64,000 nt of DNA from Podarcis liolepis (Eukaryota): assembly GCA_965112155.1 (NCBI GenBank), contig OZ218099.1; one strand, given 5' to 3'. How positions within the stretch are numbered: the stretch's first letter is position 1; each line of letters begins with the position of its first letter. Shown piece by piece: positions 35,170 to 49,995 of the stretch. The notes under the pieces are model-generated. The model did not search any database and was not told where the DNA came from. It worked only from the letters and a program-made list of their open reading frames with translations. A program made the translations under genes and the position numbers.

Positions 35170-35612
35170 ATCCCCCCAATTTAAGGACCCAAAACCTGGG
35201 TGAAGAGAAAAGTCTAAATATAGATAAAGATGGCACCAGGTATGCCTCCCTAGGGAGAGCATTTCACAACAGGGAGCCACCACTGAAAAGGCCTTAATGA
35301 AAGAGAGTCATCTGCCCCTTCCAAAGCAGTCTGGTTTACTGTTGAACATGTCATGCCGTCAGGAAGTTCTTCCTGATGTTTGGTCTAAATCCAGTCCTTT
35401 TTCTTGTAGTCTAAACCCATTAATTCAGGTGCTATCTTCTGGAAGAACAGAAAACAAAGTTGCTCCATCTATGTAACAGAGGGTCTATTGCATTGCCTCT
35501 TGATAGTCTGTTCTCCAGGGTGTAAAATTCACTGACTCCTTCAACCTTCCCCCAAAGGGCTTGGTTTCCAGGCTCTTCATCATCATGGTTTCCCTCCTCA
35601 GAAAACATTCCA
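35170..35612 (-). mobile_element. Adjacent degenerate L2 and CR1 fragments
   Basis: gggagagcatttcacaacagggagccaccactgaaaaggcc (L2-like), then gtcaggaagttcttcctgatgtt and related CR1-like sequence. Confidence 0.5.
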
Positions 35613-38075
35613 GGAGTGAGGCAACCTTTTAGAAAGTGGGGGTGTGAAAATTGTTTGGGGTTCCTTCCCAGCTCAGCAAGGGGTACCAGTCTAAGAATGC
35701 ACCCAGCCCCTTCCTAGTTAATCAAGCGGTACTGCTTTGCCAGTGAACACAACCTTTTGGTGTTGGCAGAACGCTGTGTTACATAGATGGAGATGCTGGA
35801 AGAGGGAGTTTAGTATGCCAATTCTGCTTTCTAAAACCCAGCCCTGAGCTACTTCTGGAAATATCCTCTGCCAGAGTCCCCAAAACTCTGGTTTATATCA
35901 TGACAAAAAACTAAACTAAACTTGGACAATGTTCAGCTTGCATAATACACAGAATTAGCATATAATTATTTGATCACTTTTAATCAGCCAAATTTATTTA
36001 ATTAACTGATTAGATTATGACTCCAATTGTCTTCAGAACCCGCACAAGTGGTAACAGCATGGGGTATTATTTCTATTGTGCAGCTGGAGTAGAGAGAAAA
36101 GGATGGGGTTCATGGGATACAGGTGAATGATTAGGATGTGTTAAGGGTAATTTTCTCTCTCATACCTGTTTACCTCTAGATCCTTTAGAAGACACTAAAT
36201 CCACCTTCCTAAGCTTTATCTTTCTTTTGTGGCCATGACTGCTAGAAACTGTCCAATTTGAGGCAGTCACACCCAGTTGGGTGTTCTCATCTGCAGCTAT
36301 ATTTGACATGTTTCTGTCGGCAGTAGATGGGTTTTAAAGCCCAAAACCTGTTTGGACATGGAGCATTTCCTTGGTTCTGTGAATTTTCTGCTCTCAAGAA
36401 CCCTCTTTGTTGTTGTGCTTGGTGCCATTACATACCTGTAGCTTAAAAAACCCTGATTATGCAATTTAGAGAGTGTACAACTATCTACGTGGTAGCCTTC
36501 CTGCTTTGGATATATGGAGTGTGTTGGAGCACCAGGTAGTTTCTCTTAGACACAAGACTACCTTCCAGGTTGGATCTGATCTTTTGTACATTCTAGAACA
36601 CAAGGTATGCAGTGGCCATGCCATGGCTGCTGGTGTCTGCATACAGGTCATCAGTTGGTTTGCAGTCAGGATGATATTGGGAGCCCTTAGTTCAGTGCTG
36701 GTGGATGTGTGGCTCTCTAAATGTGTATTCCAGCTTCAGCTAGTGGTCGGGGAAGGTGGGAATTGCAGTCCAGCAGCATATGGAGGGCCACAGGTCCCCT
36801 CTTTTCCATGTTTCAGTCACTGTCTCAGCACATGGCAGGTGCTTTTACCATGAGTAGTTCACCTGTGACTGGGAAACCAGAGTCTCTGAGTCTTGAATGA
36901 TTCCACTTTACCTCTCATGATTGATGTTATTGGCTGAAATCCAGAAGGGCCCGTGCTTCCCCAGATTCTTCTCAGAATTTCATTCCACAGCTCCTAAATT
37001 GCTCTTTTAAACTCCTGAAAATAAGTTTGGGGGTTGTGGCATGAGAACCTTTTTGAAGGGGAGAAGCTGCCAGTACATGGAACTGCCAGTCTTGAAAGTC
37101 TCTAGTTGTGTGTGTGTATTTTGGAAACTTGCAAAGCACCTTCTGAGTTGGAAACTGAGGAGAAAATGTGTGCATGCAAACAGATGGCCCTATGGTATTT
37201 TAGATGCTTACCGTCAGGGCAGGATTCACCTAATGAACCCCATCAGTAGAAGCTCTGCACAAGGGCTTCTGCATGTGCAACAGGGCTTCCCCCTCTCCCA
37301 CGTGCACCCTGAAATTGGCTCTAAGGGGTTGGCGAACCCCCAGAACAGCATAGAGGGAGGGAGATGGTTCCATCTGGCAAGTGTAAACCCTTACATAGGC
37401 AGAGCGTCATGGTGCGGCATTGAATTTCACATCTGTATGACTCCTCAAAAGCCTTGCAAATGAGTGGCATGGATGTGGAGAGAGTGGGGCCTGCCTTCCT
37501 TTTTCATGGGTTTACTTATTCCCTGCTCTTGCTTTAAAAGGCTGGAGGTCCCAATGTGGCCCAAAGTTGTCTGTGACTTGTAAGGATTGGGCACAGGTTG
37601 GCCCCCAAAAGAAGCAACATGGTGACAGACCTAAAGCTGAGCAGCCATGATCTTTAGCAGAGGTGACCGGTTGCTGGATTTAGGGCTCCAGTGGTAACAC
37701 AGACTTCTCAGATATTGATTGTGCATATTTCCACAGGCCAGCAGTTGGCCATTTCTCATCTAGAGTCTCATGGCTGAGCCTAAAAGAGGGGGCTGTGTGT
37801 CTGCTCTCTGCCCTCCAGGGAATGTTTGCTCCTTGGGAATCCGACTTGTTGAAAGGTGTTGTCTTCCCCTTTCTGGCCTTCCTGCTGGGACTGCATCCTC
37901 CGTTCCTGGTGATTCAGCAAATAGGCCCGTCAAAGAAATGAGAGCTGGCAGACTTGAAGGGGACTCCTGTTTCCCAACATAGCCTCTTTGACTCCTAAGG
38001 AGTGCTCAGCAGCTCAGGCCTTCAGGCAACATGCTCTCTTGTCAATGCTCTTTCTCTGCTTCTGCTTACTTACAG

Positions 38076-38137
38076 TGAAGGAGTTTCTTGCCAAAGCCAA
38101 AGAAGAGTTCCTCAAGAAATGGGAGAACCCGTTGCAG
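38076..38137 (+). CDS. PRKACA: PRKACA exon 2 (62 nt; KEFLAKAKEEFLKKWENPLQ, A-helix)
   Basis: Polypyrimidine tract plus tacag| acceptor and CAG|gtatga donor; translation matches the PKA-C A-helix. Confidence 0.97.
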
Positions 38138-38561
38138 GTATGACACCTCTCTTCTCGTCTTGATATTTTGCCTTCCTTTCTTTATCTAGCCATAGCAGCC
38201 TGCGTCTTGTTGCTTCTAAGCTCTTAGGCCTGATTTGAAAGTGACACTGACCTGGTTTGCATGCAACCATCAGCCAGAGTTAAACAACTTATGGCTTCGC
38301 AGGAATGTGCATGTGTTTTGGTGCACGCGGCTTAAATCGCTCCCGTGTACCCTGCCTCCTTTTGATGTGCTGGAAAGAAAACAGACCAGGGTGCCAAGAA
38401 TACATGTGTAAAGTTTCACATAATACAGGTGTACAGTTTAAGCTCAGAATATGTGTGTACAGTTTCACACAACTGGTGTTGCATTTAAGTAAGGGATGCA
38501 CTGCCTAACTTGAATGCTATAGTGTGCCGCATGCATTGAAACAACTGCCTTGATATTAAAT

Positions 38562-38750
38562 TCATTACATCTATATCCCACCTTTCCTCAAGCTGGTTTA
38601 CATAGTTCTCCCCATTTTATCCTCACGGCAGTCTTGTGAGGGAGGTTAGGCTGAGAAACTGCAACTGGCCCATTGAGCTTCCTGGCTGAGTGGGGATATG
38701 AACCCTGGTGTCCTGGGTCCAGGTCTGACACTCTGATCACTCTGGCTCTC
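38562..38750 (-). mobile_element. Old SINE
   Basis: cattttatcctcac...gaggttaggctgaga...gagcttcctggctgagtgggga.atgaacc pattern shared with other SINE copies. Confidence 0.6.
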
Positions 38751-39995
38751 CTGTGCTGGCTGTGTGGAGGCCCATTTGGGTCTGCATTTGCTTGTTTTGT
38801 GTGTGTGTAAAATGTGACCAGTGTAACTTTTTAAAACGAGGCTTTGGAAGGATCTTGCCAAACCTCTGTTATTGCTGGTTACACCAAAGGCAAAAGTCTT
38901 GATGCTGGTGGACATCCTAAATTATCCTGCTGAAGAAATAGGCGCTGAGACAGGTGTTTCAGTCCCCAGGTTATTCTGGAACTGCCCCTTTTCTAGGAAT
39001 AATTTTGCAAGGAGGAGAGTGAGGTGTCCAAGATGGAAACACAGGAAGAGAGTCAGCTTTGGATTAGTTTACCTTTTGCAGTTCTAAGACACTTTGGAAG
39101 ATGTGTCTGACAATAAGGTTTGCCAGTGCCCGGGTTGCTTGCATGACAAGGAACAAATAGTCAAGATCTTTCCAAATTACTAAGCAAGGGTCAGAAGCCC
39201 TTCACCTATCACATATACTCTTTGGTGTTAGCAGACCATATTACAGAAAGGGGAATGCAATCTCCCTCTAGCTGAATAAGGTATTTTCTTCCCTGCAATA
39301 TCTGATGAATACCTCACTGCTCAACTAACAGGTCCGATGCTTTAGCTTTTCAGCAAATAACTCCCAGAAGGTGACTGCCAAAATAACTGCTTCATGGCAA
39401 TAAAATGACTGTGTAAATTGGCCCGGAAATTTGGGTGCTCTCGCTGTTTTGGCTTGTTCCATTTGCTGCCCCCTACGTAAAGGTGTCATTACATCTGGTT
39501 GTATTTTGCAATAAGTGTGATATTTGGGGATATTACTGTTTTTTTGTCAGGCTCTAAGGCTTAACCTGTTGCTGCTAGTTTCTAGGTTATTACAGATAGT
39601 GTAGTGAGTGTTGGGTGTATGTACAGTCCTTTTTGTGGACTGAGTTGGATTTTCTTGCTGTTCAGTATGCAGGAGGATTGTATGTCTTTCTCTCTAAAAA
39701 CTCTTGCCTTTTGCGCCCCCTCGTGGTAAAAAACCCCAAGAACGCTGCAAGTTTCAGGAAGAAGAGTTGGCACGCCACAGGGATGATCCTCTTCAATAAC
39801 AGTTGCTGCTTTAATATGGCATGGGAAGACATGGTACTGCCTGAAGGGTTATCTTTAAAATGAAACTAGTAAGCTGGCATTTTGAACCCTCACGGCCACT
39901 TAAGGGCCCCCAAAATCTGATAACTAGAGCCTGGTGTCCTTGCCAGATTGTCTTCCTCTGCTTTTTATATTATTATTTTCCAAATCCTTTTTCAG

Positions 39996-40124
39996 AATAC
40001 GTCCAGCCTGGATCACTTCGACCGGCTCAAGACCCTGGGTACAGGCTCTTTTGGGCGGGTGATGCTCGTGAAGCACAAGGAGACCGGGAATTACTATGCC
40101 ATGAAGATCCTTGACAAGCAGAAA
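39996..40124 (+). CDS. PRKACA: PRKACA exon 3 (129 nt; Gly-rich loop GTGSFG and catalytic Lys)
   Basis: ttcag| ... AAA|gtgagt; [50 protein letters not shown] is alpha-type (beta has KHKATEQ). Confidence 0.98.
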
Positions 40125-40222
40125 GTGAGTTTGAGCCTGTCGTGGAGTTCTGGGAGTTTGTGCCTGAGGTTGGCAAGAGGGAGGCCCAACTGTCTCTGGC
40201 TGACTTCCTTTCTGTCTTGCAG

Positions 40223-40321
40223 GTTGTTAAGCTGAAGCAGATCGAGCACACCCTCAATGAAAAGCGCATTCTCCAGGCTGTGAACTTCCCATTCCTTGTC
40301 AGGCTAGAGTATTCTTTTAAG
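40223..40321 (+). CDS. PRKACA: PRKACA exon 4 (99 nt; C-helix)
   Basis: tgcag| ... AAG|gtaaag; [33 protein letters not shown]. Confidence 0.98.
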
Positions 40322-42424
40322 GTAAAGGGTGTCTTTGCACTCTCTCTCCCCACCCCTGCCTAAATATTCCTTCTCTGGCTTTCTGGTCCTCTGGACACCT
40401 GCTCTGCTGCATCAGATCAAAGGCACACAGGGGCCAGCCAGATACTTAAGGGAAGCTAACCACTTTACCCTAGCACCCAGGTGATCTTTTTGCCTCTGTC
40501 TGGGCTTGTGGCTAGCTGAGCATCCACCACTGCAGGCAAGCCCAGCTGGCTGGATACTTTCTGTGCCGGTACAATAGGTGCAGCATGCTTTCCCTTTGGG
40601 AGCAGCCTGGGTGGATGGATCTCCTGGGCTAGAGCACACATTGTCATGATAGGCCCTCAAAACTCTTCCTTATGATAGGCCTTCAATATTTTGTTTTGTC
40701 CTACCTCTTTCTGGCGTTTGTGCAGCTTTGGGCAAGTAAACAAGGGGGCACTATAAGCATACAGAATGTTAAATAAAGCCAACAGTATTTTATCATTTTG
40801 TGTTTGAGATACCCAGAGAACAATCTTACTGGGTTGCCTTATATAAATACAGTAAGTAAGGCTGCAATCCTAACACCTCTTATCTAGGAGTAAGCCCCAT
40901 TGAATTCAGTAGGATTTACTTTTAAGTCAATGTGAAAGTGCTATAGGGAGCATGCAAGTCTGGACTATGTGACAAGGCAACCGTGCCTTGTCTATTAATG
41001 CAGCTCTAAATCGAGGTTCTGCAGGCTTCCGTTCATCTCAGCTACATGGAAAGGATATAAAAAGCCATTGAGTCGTACCTATTGCCACAAAGGGCAGAAC
41101 CATTTTTTAAAAATCTGCTTTGAAGGAAATATGCATGTTTATATACCCTTTGTGGCTGTAACCTAAAACCATGGACACTGTGTCTGTTTGAAAGCACAAC
41201 CAGAAGAGGAGGCCTCTACTGCTGTCTTATAGGTTCCTTCCCATTTTCCCTCTGCTATAGCAGTCCTTGACAATGCCGTGTCAGAAGCTTACCTCTCAAT
41301 CAGAATAAAGCCTGAACAAATACATTCATGCTACCTTGCAGAGATTGTTTCAGTTGTATACTTTGGGGGTTAAAAAAAAAAAAAGTATCTTAATTCTAAA
41401 TACTATTTCCTTGGCAGTAAGTCCCATTGATGTTAGTGGGACTTGCTTCCAAGCTGGTTGGTGTTAGACTGTGTGTCTAATTCATTCCCTTGGTAGTGAG
41501 AGTAATTCTGTAAGTCTACAAGAAGATCCTTGCTGGATCAGCCCAAAAGCCCATCTAGTCCAGCATTCTGCCCAACAGTCTATACTAGCCAACCAGGTGC
41601 TTATGGGGAGCCACAAACAGGATCTGAGCACAACACTCTTTTGTTTATGAACTGGTATTGAGAGGCCTGCTACCCCATAGTGGAGTTACTATAGTTATCA
41701 TGACTAGCGGTCATTATTAGTCTTATCCTACATGACCAGGTACTAAGAGGTTTGAGTTCACCTTAGTAACTGCTACTTTTGAAGTTGTTGCCTTTTTTTT
41801 AAGGTCATGGCAGGAAGAGACTCTGAGCAGAACATAGCACTAAAACCAAAACACTCTGCTATAGAAACAGTTTTGCACCAAGCAAAACTATATGATCGTT
41901 GTGCAAATAAGTTGTGCAAATGAATGGGGACTAGAGGACAAGGAACTTGTATACATTCAGATTTTAAAGAACTTGCATTTATTGAGCGGGAAGCAAGGCA
42001 ATAGTGGTAGAGAGCGATGGACTAGGGAACAAACGTGAAGATTGGAATTGGGGGCAGTTAGGAAAGTGTAGCCATGTGAAAGGAACGAAGTACTGATCTG
42101 AAATGCTGGGACCTGTTCCTTCACCACCTATAGTCTATAGGCATTGTATCAACATTTTGGTTTTTTATCTGCAACTGCAAGGGCAAGATACTTCATTTTT
42201 TTAAAGGAAATTGGCAGGAACTTGAATTCTTTCTCCCTGCCCAACAGCAAACCCAGTTTCTGTTCTAGAGTGCCCCTATGGATGTGTGAGTACACTGGTG
42301 CAAGCACCACTGCAGAAAGGCAATATAGAAGTAAATAAATTGGGGAGCTGTGGCCCTGAACATACAAGGTTGGGGTGGGTGCAAAGCAGTGCTGGCCACG
42401 ACCCTGAGTTGTTTCTGCCCTTGA

Positions 42425-42514
<90 letters not shown>

Positions 42515-43433
42515 TGAGTGTGCTCCCCTCTCATTGTAAGGTTGGGATGATGCTCTCAGTTGTGGGAACAGAAAAGCTGAGAGTTGGGCTTCCTGGGTTA
42601 GAACAGTGGAAAGGAACCAGGAAAGAACTAGGTTTCTCTTGTTCTGCACTTTAAAGTTGAGTGGAGGATATCTTCCCCTTCCAGCAAGCCCTAACTTCTG
42701 GGGTAAAGAATAGGCAGTTTAGAAAAAAGTCTAATGATAGGACAGAAGCTGCATTTGCTTTGACATTAATTCCCATCCTCCTGGATGTGAAGCTGGTGAC
42801 TTGCAAGAAGCAGATCATTCCTATCAGAGTGTGATGACAACAACACTGAGTTCCTGATTATTCTCGTTAACACTAAGGGGCAAGGGGTGACCTGGCTTGA
42901 CAGGCCCATATGAGCGGAGTGCTTTTCATCAGAGGATTGTTAGCGGAGACTTCAGTATAGAAGCTACCACTACAGAACATGCTTCTATCTTGCTTTGTAT
43001 CCATTTACTGTATGGAAAGCGGGATGCTTGTTAACATGCTCTCATTTAACTGTGTAGTTATGTGTGCTTCAGATAAATTGCCATCTTGTAGAACATTATA
43101 GAACTGGCATAGCACTGAGACTGAGCAACGGACCAGGAAGCCCCCAGTTCGAATGGTGCCTCTGCCATGAACTCAGCTACATGGCATTACGCAAAGTTCT
43201 GTCTCACAGCCTCAGCCCCACCATCTGCAGCACGGAGAGTAAATAGTAATGACTTACCTTACAGGATTGTTGCAATGATTACACCTACATAAGAACATGG
43301 TCAGAATAAGGGAAGAGATTCTGCATGCGTTCAGCCAGAGGTGGGGCAGGGAGAGCATGAGTGAAATGTGTGAGATAAGACTCAAGGTCCTGTTGAATGG
43401 GGAACAGGGGAGAGATCTGGTCTTGGTTTGTGG

Positions 43434-43563
43434 CAGGGGTGGAAACCTGAGCCCTTTTGCTGAGAGTACAGCTCCCATCATCCCTGACTGAGCTGGTTGG
43501 GGCTGATGGGAGTTGGAGCCCAACCCAACAGTGCTCTGGAGGGCCACAAGTTCTCCATCCCTG
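43434..43563. mobile_element. hAT-type MITE with 8-bp TSD
   Basis: caggggtggaaacct ... agttctccatccctg, flanked by gtttgtgg / gtttatgg. Confidence 0.75.
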
Positions 43564-43610
43564 GTTTATGGGGATCAGTGAAGGTGGCATACATTAGAGA
43601 TGGCTTATGA

Positions 43611-43787
<177 letters not shown>

Positions 43788-44296
43788 TGAGATTCTGCTG
43801 CACAGCATTTTGAGAATTCCTCTCCTTGTCAGTATGTCTAGGAATACTGTTTCTTTCCCCAGATATCTGTAACAATTAGTTTTTTAAGAAAGGACTAAAT
43901 TTTGACAAGCGTAAGTAACTTCTTAGGAAATTTTGGAGTTGACATAAAATCTAAAGGTGTACCTCTTTTTATCATTTGTGCTTTGAATATCAGGAAGTCC
44001 ATTCCCCTCCTCGCCAAAGTGGTGCCTGCTTAACCAAATATGCTCCAAACCACCAGATGCACTTTTCCTATTTTGGTGGCAAGTAGGGAGCATGGTAGAA
44101 AACATTCATTATGAGCAGTTGCTGTTTAGAAAGCGATACTTACCTTTGGAAACAAAATCTTCTCTCTTATAGATATTCCACCCGAAACATCACCTCTCCA
44201 TGTACTGGGGTTTGTGCAAGCCTCTATCACTTCCTTTGTGCTGCTGACCCTATTGGTGTGGAGAACTCAGCTTTGTTAATTTTCTCGTACCTCCAG

Positions 44297-44392
44297 GTGA
44301 CAGATTTTGGCTTTGCCAAACGAGTGAAAGGCCGAACATGGACCCTTTGTGGGACTCCAGAATACCTGGCTCCTGAAATCATTCTGAGCAAG
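44297..44392 (+). CDS. PRKACA: PRKACA exon 7 (96 nt; DFG, activation loop Thr197, APE)
   Basis: tccag| ... AAG|gttaga; [32 protein letters not shown]. Confidence 0.98.
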
Positions 44393-44514
44393 GTTAGACA
44401 CCTGTACTCAGGAACAGTTTTTTGGGCCTTGTTCAGCCCAGAAAGAAGACTGTGTTCATCTCGATATCTTGCAGTACACTGCAATTAAGTGCCGATCATC
44501 CTTGGTGTTTGTGA

Positions 44515-44790
<276 letters not shown>

Positions 44791-45938
44791 TAGCTCACAC
44801 TATACAGTGCATACATTTATAATGTTCGGTGAAGCATGGACCTGCTGTGTTTACCTGCCAAATAAATGTTGGAGTAGGTGGAATTCAGCAGACTGTGAAC
44901 GGAAACCCCCTCTGTATTTTCTTGGCAAATCTTCCAGCTATTTTTTGGTGCTGCTTGCAGCTTTCACCACAGGAACAAATGTCTGGAAATCTAGATGGCT
45001 GCAGTTATATTCACAGTCTGACCTTATTTTGAGGAAAGGGGCAGATCTGTTGGCTTCATTTGAAAACTGAGTCTCAAATTTTGTATACTTTAAACAAACT
45101 TAAGGCTCTAGTCTTCAGTGTGAAGAAGAAATTAGTTGAAGAATTCTACAGGCTAAGTGGAATATGGATTTTCTGAGTCTAGAATTCCAGTGTCTGTAAT
45201 ACTTGGCAGTTCTCCCAGGTGAGACTCCTAGAGTAATGTGAGGCCGAGCAGCACAAAAAAGATCAGAAAAGCACAAAGTGGAGTTTTATAAGTTAAACAG
45301 AGTAAAACAATGGCAAGGGGGAGACATGCAACTCAAGCTCTCTGTAACTGCAAGGCTGTGAGTTTTCAGAATATTGCTCTTAGAATTGTAACATGGCCTA
45401 AAGGAGTGAGGTGTGGCAGGGCAGTGTTGGAAGAGCTTTGCAGGAAAATGTGTAATGTCAAAGGAACATCTCCCCCACCCAAGAAAACTAAACAAAAGTA
45501 ATGGAGATCAGTGAATATATGTGCATGCTAGCTTTCAGATGGCTGGGGCTTGCTCTTGCTCTGCTGCTCCAGAACATGCATGCTCTCTTTGAGTCCAGCT
45601 GTCCTTTTCTCCCTTCCCTGCCATTTATCCTATGAATTTTCACTGGCCCTACTTGCCAACTTTGATTTCTCAGGTGGTTAATGCTAAAATAATCAGTATT
45701 AAGTTGCCGTTTGAGTGAGGCTATTAGGCCAGGAGCTGTACTGACCCAGCCTTTCTCAGTAACACCTAAGATCTTCTATTGAGTCAACTAATTGTTGACG
45801 AATAAACATGCATTGTGGATAACAGTTATTCTATGGCACTGACCGCAGTTTACTTTGGATTTGAAATTTGTGCAGGTGTGTTATGGATCTCCACAATGTC
45901 CTTCAGCAAAGGATTTGTCCTTGTTAAGATTGCTGTGA

Positions 45939-45993
45939 TACTACTACTACTATTATTATTATTACTACTACTACTACTATTATCATTATTATT
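45939..45993. repeat. (TAC/TAT)n microsatellite
   Basis: Directly visible. Confidence 0.9.
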
Positions 45994-47510
45994 AGCACTT
46001 AGTATCACGGTTGGGCATGAGGCATTACTATTAACTAGCTGAATTAATGTAAAAGCTCCCAGAACCTTGTTTGTGATAGGTTCTTGCATCAGGACAGCTC
46101 AGCTAAGGTTGCATATTAAAAACATAGTCAAAATGTTAGGCGCTTGATCAGGTTTGGTTCTCTGCAAAAGAAACTGTTGATACTTGTGCACATCTGTGAG
46201 GTGGGATTTTACATAGCTAAGTCATCCAAGTAATAATGACTGAGGGTTAAACACGGTTGGTCATGATGACAGTCTAGCACAGATCTCAGCAGAATGAATA
46301 GCAAGTAACCATTAATCAAGATTAGGTGCTCTGATTAAAAGAGAAAGGGAATCTGGGTAGAAGTAGCTCCTTTCACAATACTAAGAGGCTAAGCCAGACT
46401 CTGTGATACTTACGTTTGATCTTGGTGAAGCTTGTATAGAATTCCAGTCTTACATTTAAACTGGTACACTAAATGTACTTAAATATAGGGCATGTCTACA
46501 CTACAGATTTGAGCCAGATTTTTTCAAACTGATTCATCTGTTTCCACCACCCTGCCAAGGAAACCTAAGAGCATTGCTTGGGGATCCTCATTGCTTCATA
46601 GAATCACATTGCCTAATGCCTTAAGCCCCTTTAAAAACTATGGTGTAAATATGTGCATAACCTAGCGCCACATCCCTACTAATCTCTGCCTGATAACATT
46701 CTACCTTTTTATCTATCTATTATCTTTCTGTGGTAGAACAAAATGTAGGTTACAGTAAGTATATATACGTGAACTGCCCTGAAATCTTTGGATGAAGGGT
46801 GGTATACAAATTTAATACACAAATAAAATAAATATAGCCACTTTGCCAGTGCTTTTTTCTTTGGGCATTTGCTCCTAGGGCTTCTGATTGAAGATCTTCA
46901 AACCCACTAGCCACCCTGAATTTCATTTAGGTGAGATACATTGTCGAGAAGCAAGCACCAAGAGCACCTGTATTATTTTTAAGGGTTTTCTTGCTGTCAA
47001 CTTCTTTTGCCAAACTGCTTCTTAAATTGTTTTCAGTTTTTAAAATGTAGTTCAGGGGACATTGCATCAGTTGTACATTTGTGTGTGCATGTGAATTTCT
47101 CTCTTTCAGCAGTTCCTGTGCCAAGCCAGTCAGACCATTTTTTTAAAATTCAGAAGTTATAAATCAGTTTTTAAAGAGAGAGAGGCAAGCGTTCCAAGTG
47201 TGTTAGTAAAAGCCCTCCTTCTGTCCCTCTTGTGTTTAGAGTGTTTCCAGAGGGATGTGCACATCTCTGTCTCTGTGGCAGCTAGAAGTTCTTGATAGAA
47301 TAAATTCTAGGATTTGTGGGAACGTGCAGTGTTAACATTTAAGGACATAAGAAGAGCCTGCTAGATTCTTTTCTCACAGTGGCCAACCAGATTCATATGG
47401 GAAGTCCTCAAGCAGGGCATGGGTGCAACTTCCCAAGGCCCCAGTTTTGTGGTAGATGTTGCAATTGCAGACATATGGTGAATTAGTGCTTTGGCTACAG
47501 AGCATAATGA

Positions 47511-48059
<549 letters not shown>

Positions 48060-48831
48060 TAATGATATAGGATCTCGGGACATATTGTGATTATTAGTTA
48101 TCTGTGAAAAGATCCCAGGATCTAGTTAAATCCACTGTTGCAGCTGTGTTGGAAATTGTCATGTCTTCTCTTAGACCTTCCCTATGTGAATTTGACTGAA
48201 AGCTTCAACCCCACAGCTGCTAATGGCATCTGGATGCTAAAAACCACCTCTGGTCACGTGTTGCTTTCCACAGTATAAGCCTGCGGCTTTCCAGATGTTG
48301 TCAGACTCCAGTTCCCACCTTGCTGGTCAGGAGTTTGAATCCAGCACAGTCTGGAGGGCCATTCCTGGTATAGGATCTGCTAGTGGCCCATATGAAAGTA
48401 ATTGCCCATAGAACATGATGGGAGGGCAGGGCTGAGAAACCCCTTTGTATGAAAAAGCTGAAGGGAGGCAGGATAGGATGATGTCGTTGACTGTGTTCAC
48501 TCTTAGTTCTGCTGCCTACCTAATTTGCAAATATTCTGGAGATGAAGGTTATAAGTTTCAGTTCCTCCTAAACTGGGGGGAAATAGCAGGCCCAATTAAA
48601 TGCATCTCTGCCTTGAGAGGAGGAAGCTGAGCAGCAAGGCAGGGGTCAGTAGGTACAGCTTCCATTTTGGCTGGGCCTGATTCAGAGCCAAACAAGACAT
48701 GCGTTTTTGTTCAGTCTGTGCCTGCCTATTTGCTTGTAATGTGCAGGTGTGGGGAGAGCCATGTTTTACGTCAGGGTGGGCACACAAGTAAGGGGATCAA
48801 GGGCTACTCCGTCCTCCCTTTTCCTTTTTGT

Positions 48832-49092
48832 TTTATTATAATTATAATTTATTATTTATTGAATTTATATTCCGCCCTATATCCGGAGGTCTCAGGGTGG
48901 TTCACAAAACAAAATCAAAATATAAAACCACAAAACACATTACCAAAATAAAAACAACAACCCAATAAATACACCCCAACAAAGCAAAAAAATACTGTAC
49001 CACATTCTAAAAGGGCATAGGATGTCAATCAAATCAACCAAAGGCCTGGTTAAAAAGGAACATTTTTGCCTTGCGCCTAAAGGTGTATAATG
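48832..49092 (-). mobile_element. L2-type LINE 3' end
   Basis: TTA-rich tail, then tccgccctatatccggaggtctcagggtggttcaca...aaaggcctggttaaaaaggaacatttttgcc. Confidence 0.6.
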
Positions 49093-49869
49093 CTGCTTTG
49101 AGATTCTTTCCCCCCAAACCAGTTCCAGTATTGGAAGTAGAGTGGGCTAAAGGGAAAGGAGATTAAAGTAACCCAAGTGTGGCAAGGTGAAGGAGGGGAA
49201 AGTTGTGTTCCCCTCTCCTGCCAACTCATTTTTGATACTCAGAAAGTAGATCTCAGCCCCACCTGAGAGATAAGCAGTCAAGGACCTGATTAAAAAGCGC
49301 AGGGATGTCTGGCTTGCCCTTTAGCGGGCTTAAGCTATGAGTGAGGAAGAGCTCATGTTGCTCTCCTTGCCTGTGGAATAGGCTCAGCTGTATCCAAGGG
49401 CCACATTCCCTTTTGGGCAGCCTTCCAGGGACCACATGCTGATGGTGGGTGAAGCCAGAGACCAAAGTGAGCAAAGCAGTGGATGTGCATTTTATGGTGC
49501 AGTAGGCTCCTTTCTACAGATGTTTGCACACACCCACAACCTCTGCCTTCCATCCAGGCAAACAAGAGATATTACCAGAGCCCAAGGACCTATTCCAGTC
49601 AGGCAAGGGGGGCCAGGGAGGTGTGTGTGGTCTGGGGAGGGTCCCACAGTTCAGAGAGGAGTACATTTGCCCCCCAACCCTGAGGTTCCCCTGTATGACA
49701 TGCTCTCTCTCTCTCCTGCCTACCTATTTTTGTTTCTGGTTAAATTGAGAAGGCTTAAACCAATAACCCTGCAGGGAGCCCAATTTCACAGCGAATGGTA
49801 TTTCTCTCTCCTAAACCCATGCAGACACGACCCCTAATAACTCCTCGCTTTGTCCCCTCCCCTCCACAG

Positions 49870-49995
49870 GTGGAAGCTCCCTTTATACCAAAGTGCAAAG
49901 GCCCCGGCGACACAAGTAACTTTGATGACTACGAGGAAGAGGAGATCCGGGTGTCCATCAGTGAGAAGTGCGCCAAGGAGTTTGCAGAATTTTAG
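49870..49995 (+). CDS. PRKACA: PRKACA exon 10 coding part (AGC C-tail, stop TAG)
   Basis: cacag| [41 protein letters not shown]. Adjacency to SAMD1 matches the known PRKACA locus. Confidence 0.98.
   Translation: MEAPFIPKCKGPGDTSNFDDYEEEEIRVSISEKCAKEFAEF

Noticed and set aside
34639-35283. 214-aa minus-strand ORF
   Set aside because: Runs across a MITE and LINE fragments with no recognisable domain.
49894-49896. Cys in place of Phe318 (PKCKGPG)
   Set aside because: Recalled in fish and invertebrate PKA-C sequences, so likely ancestral rather than novel.
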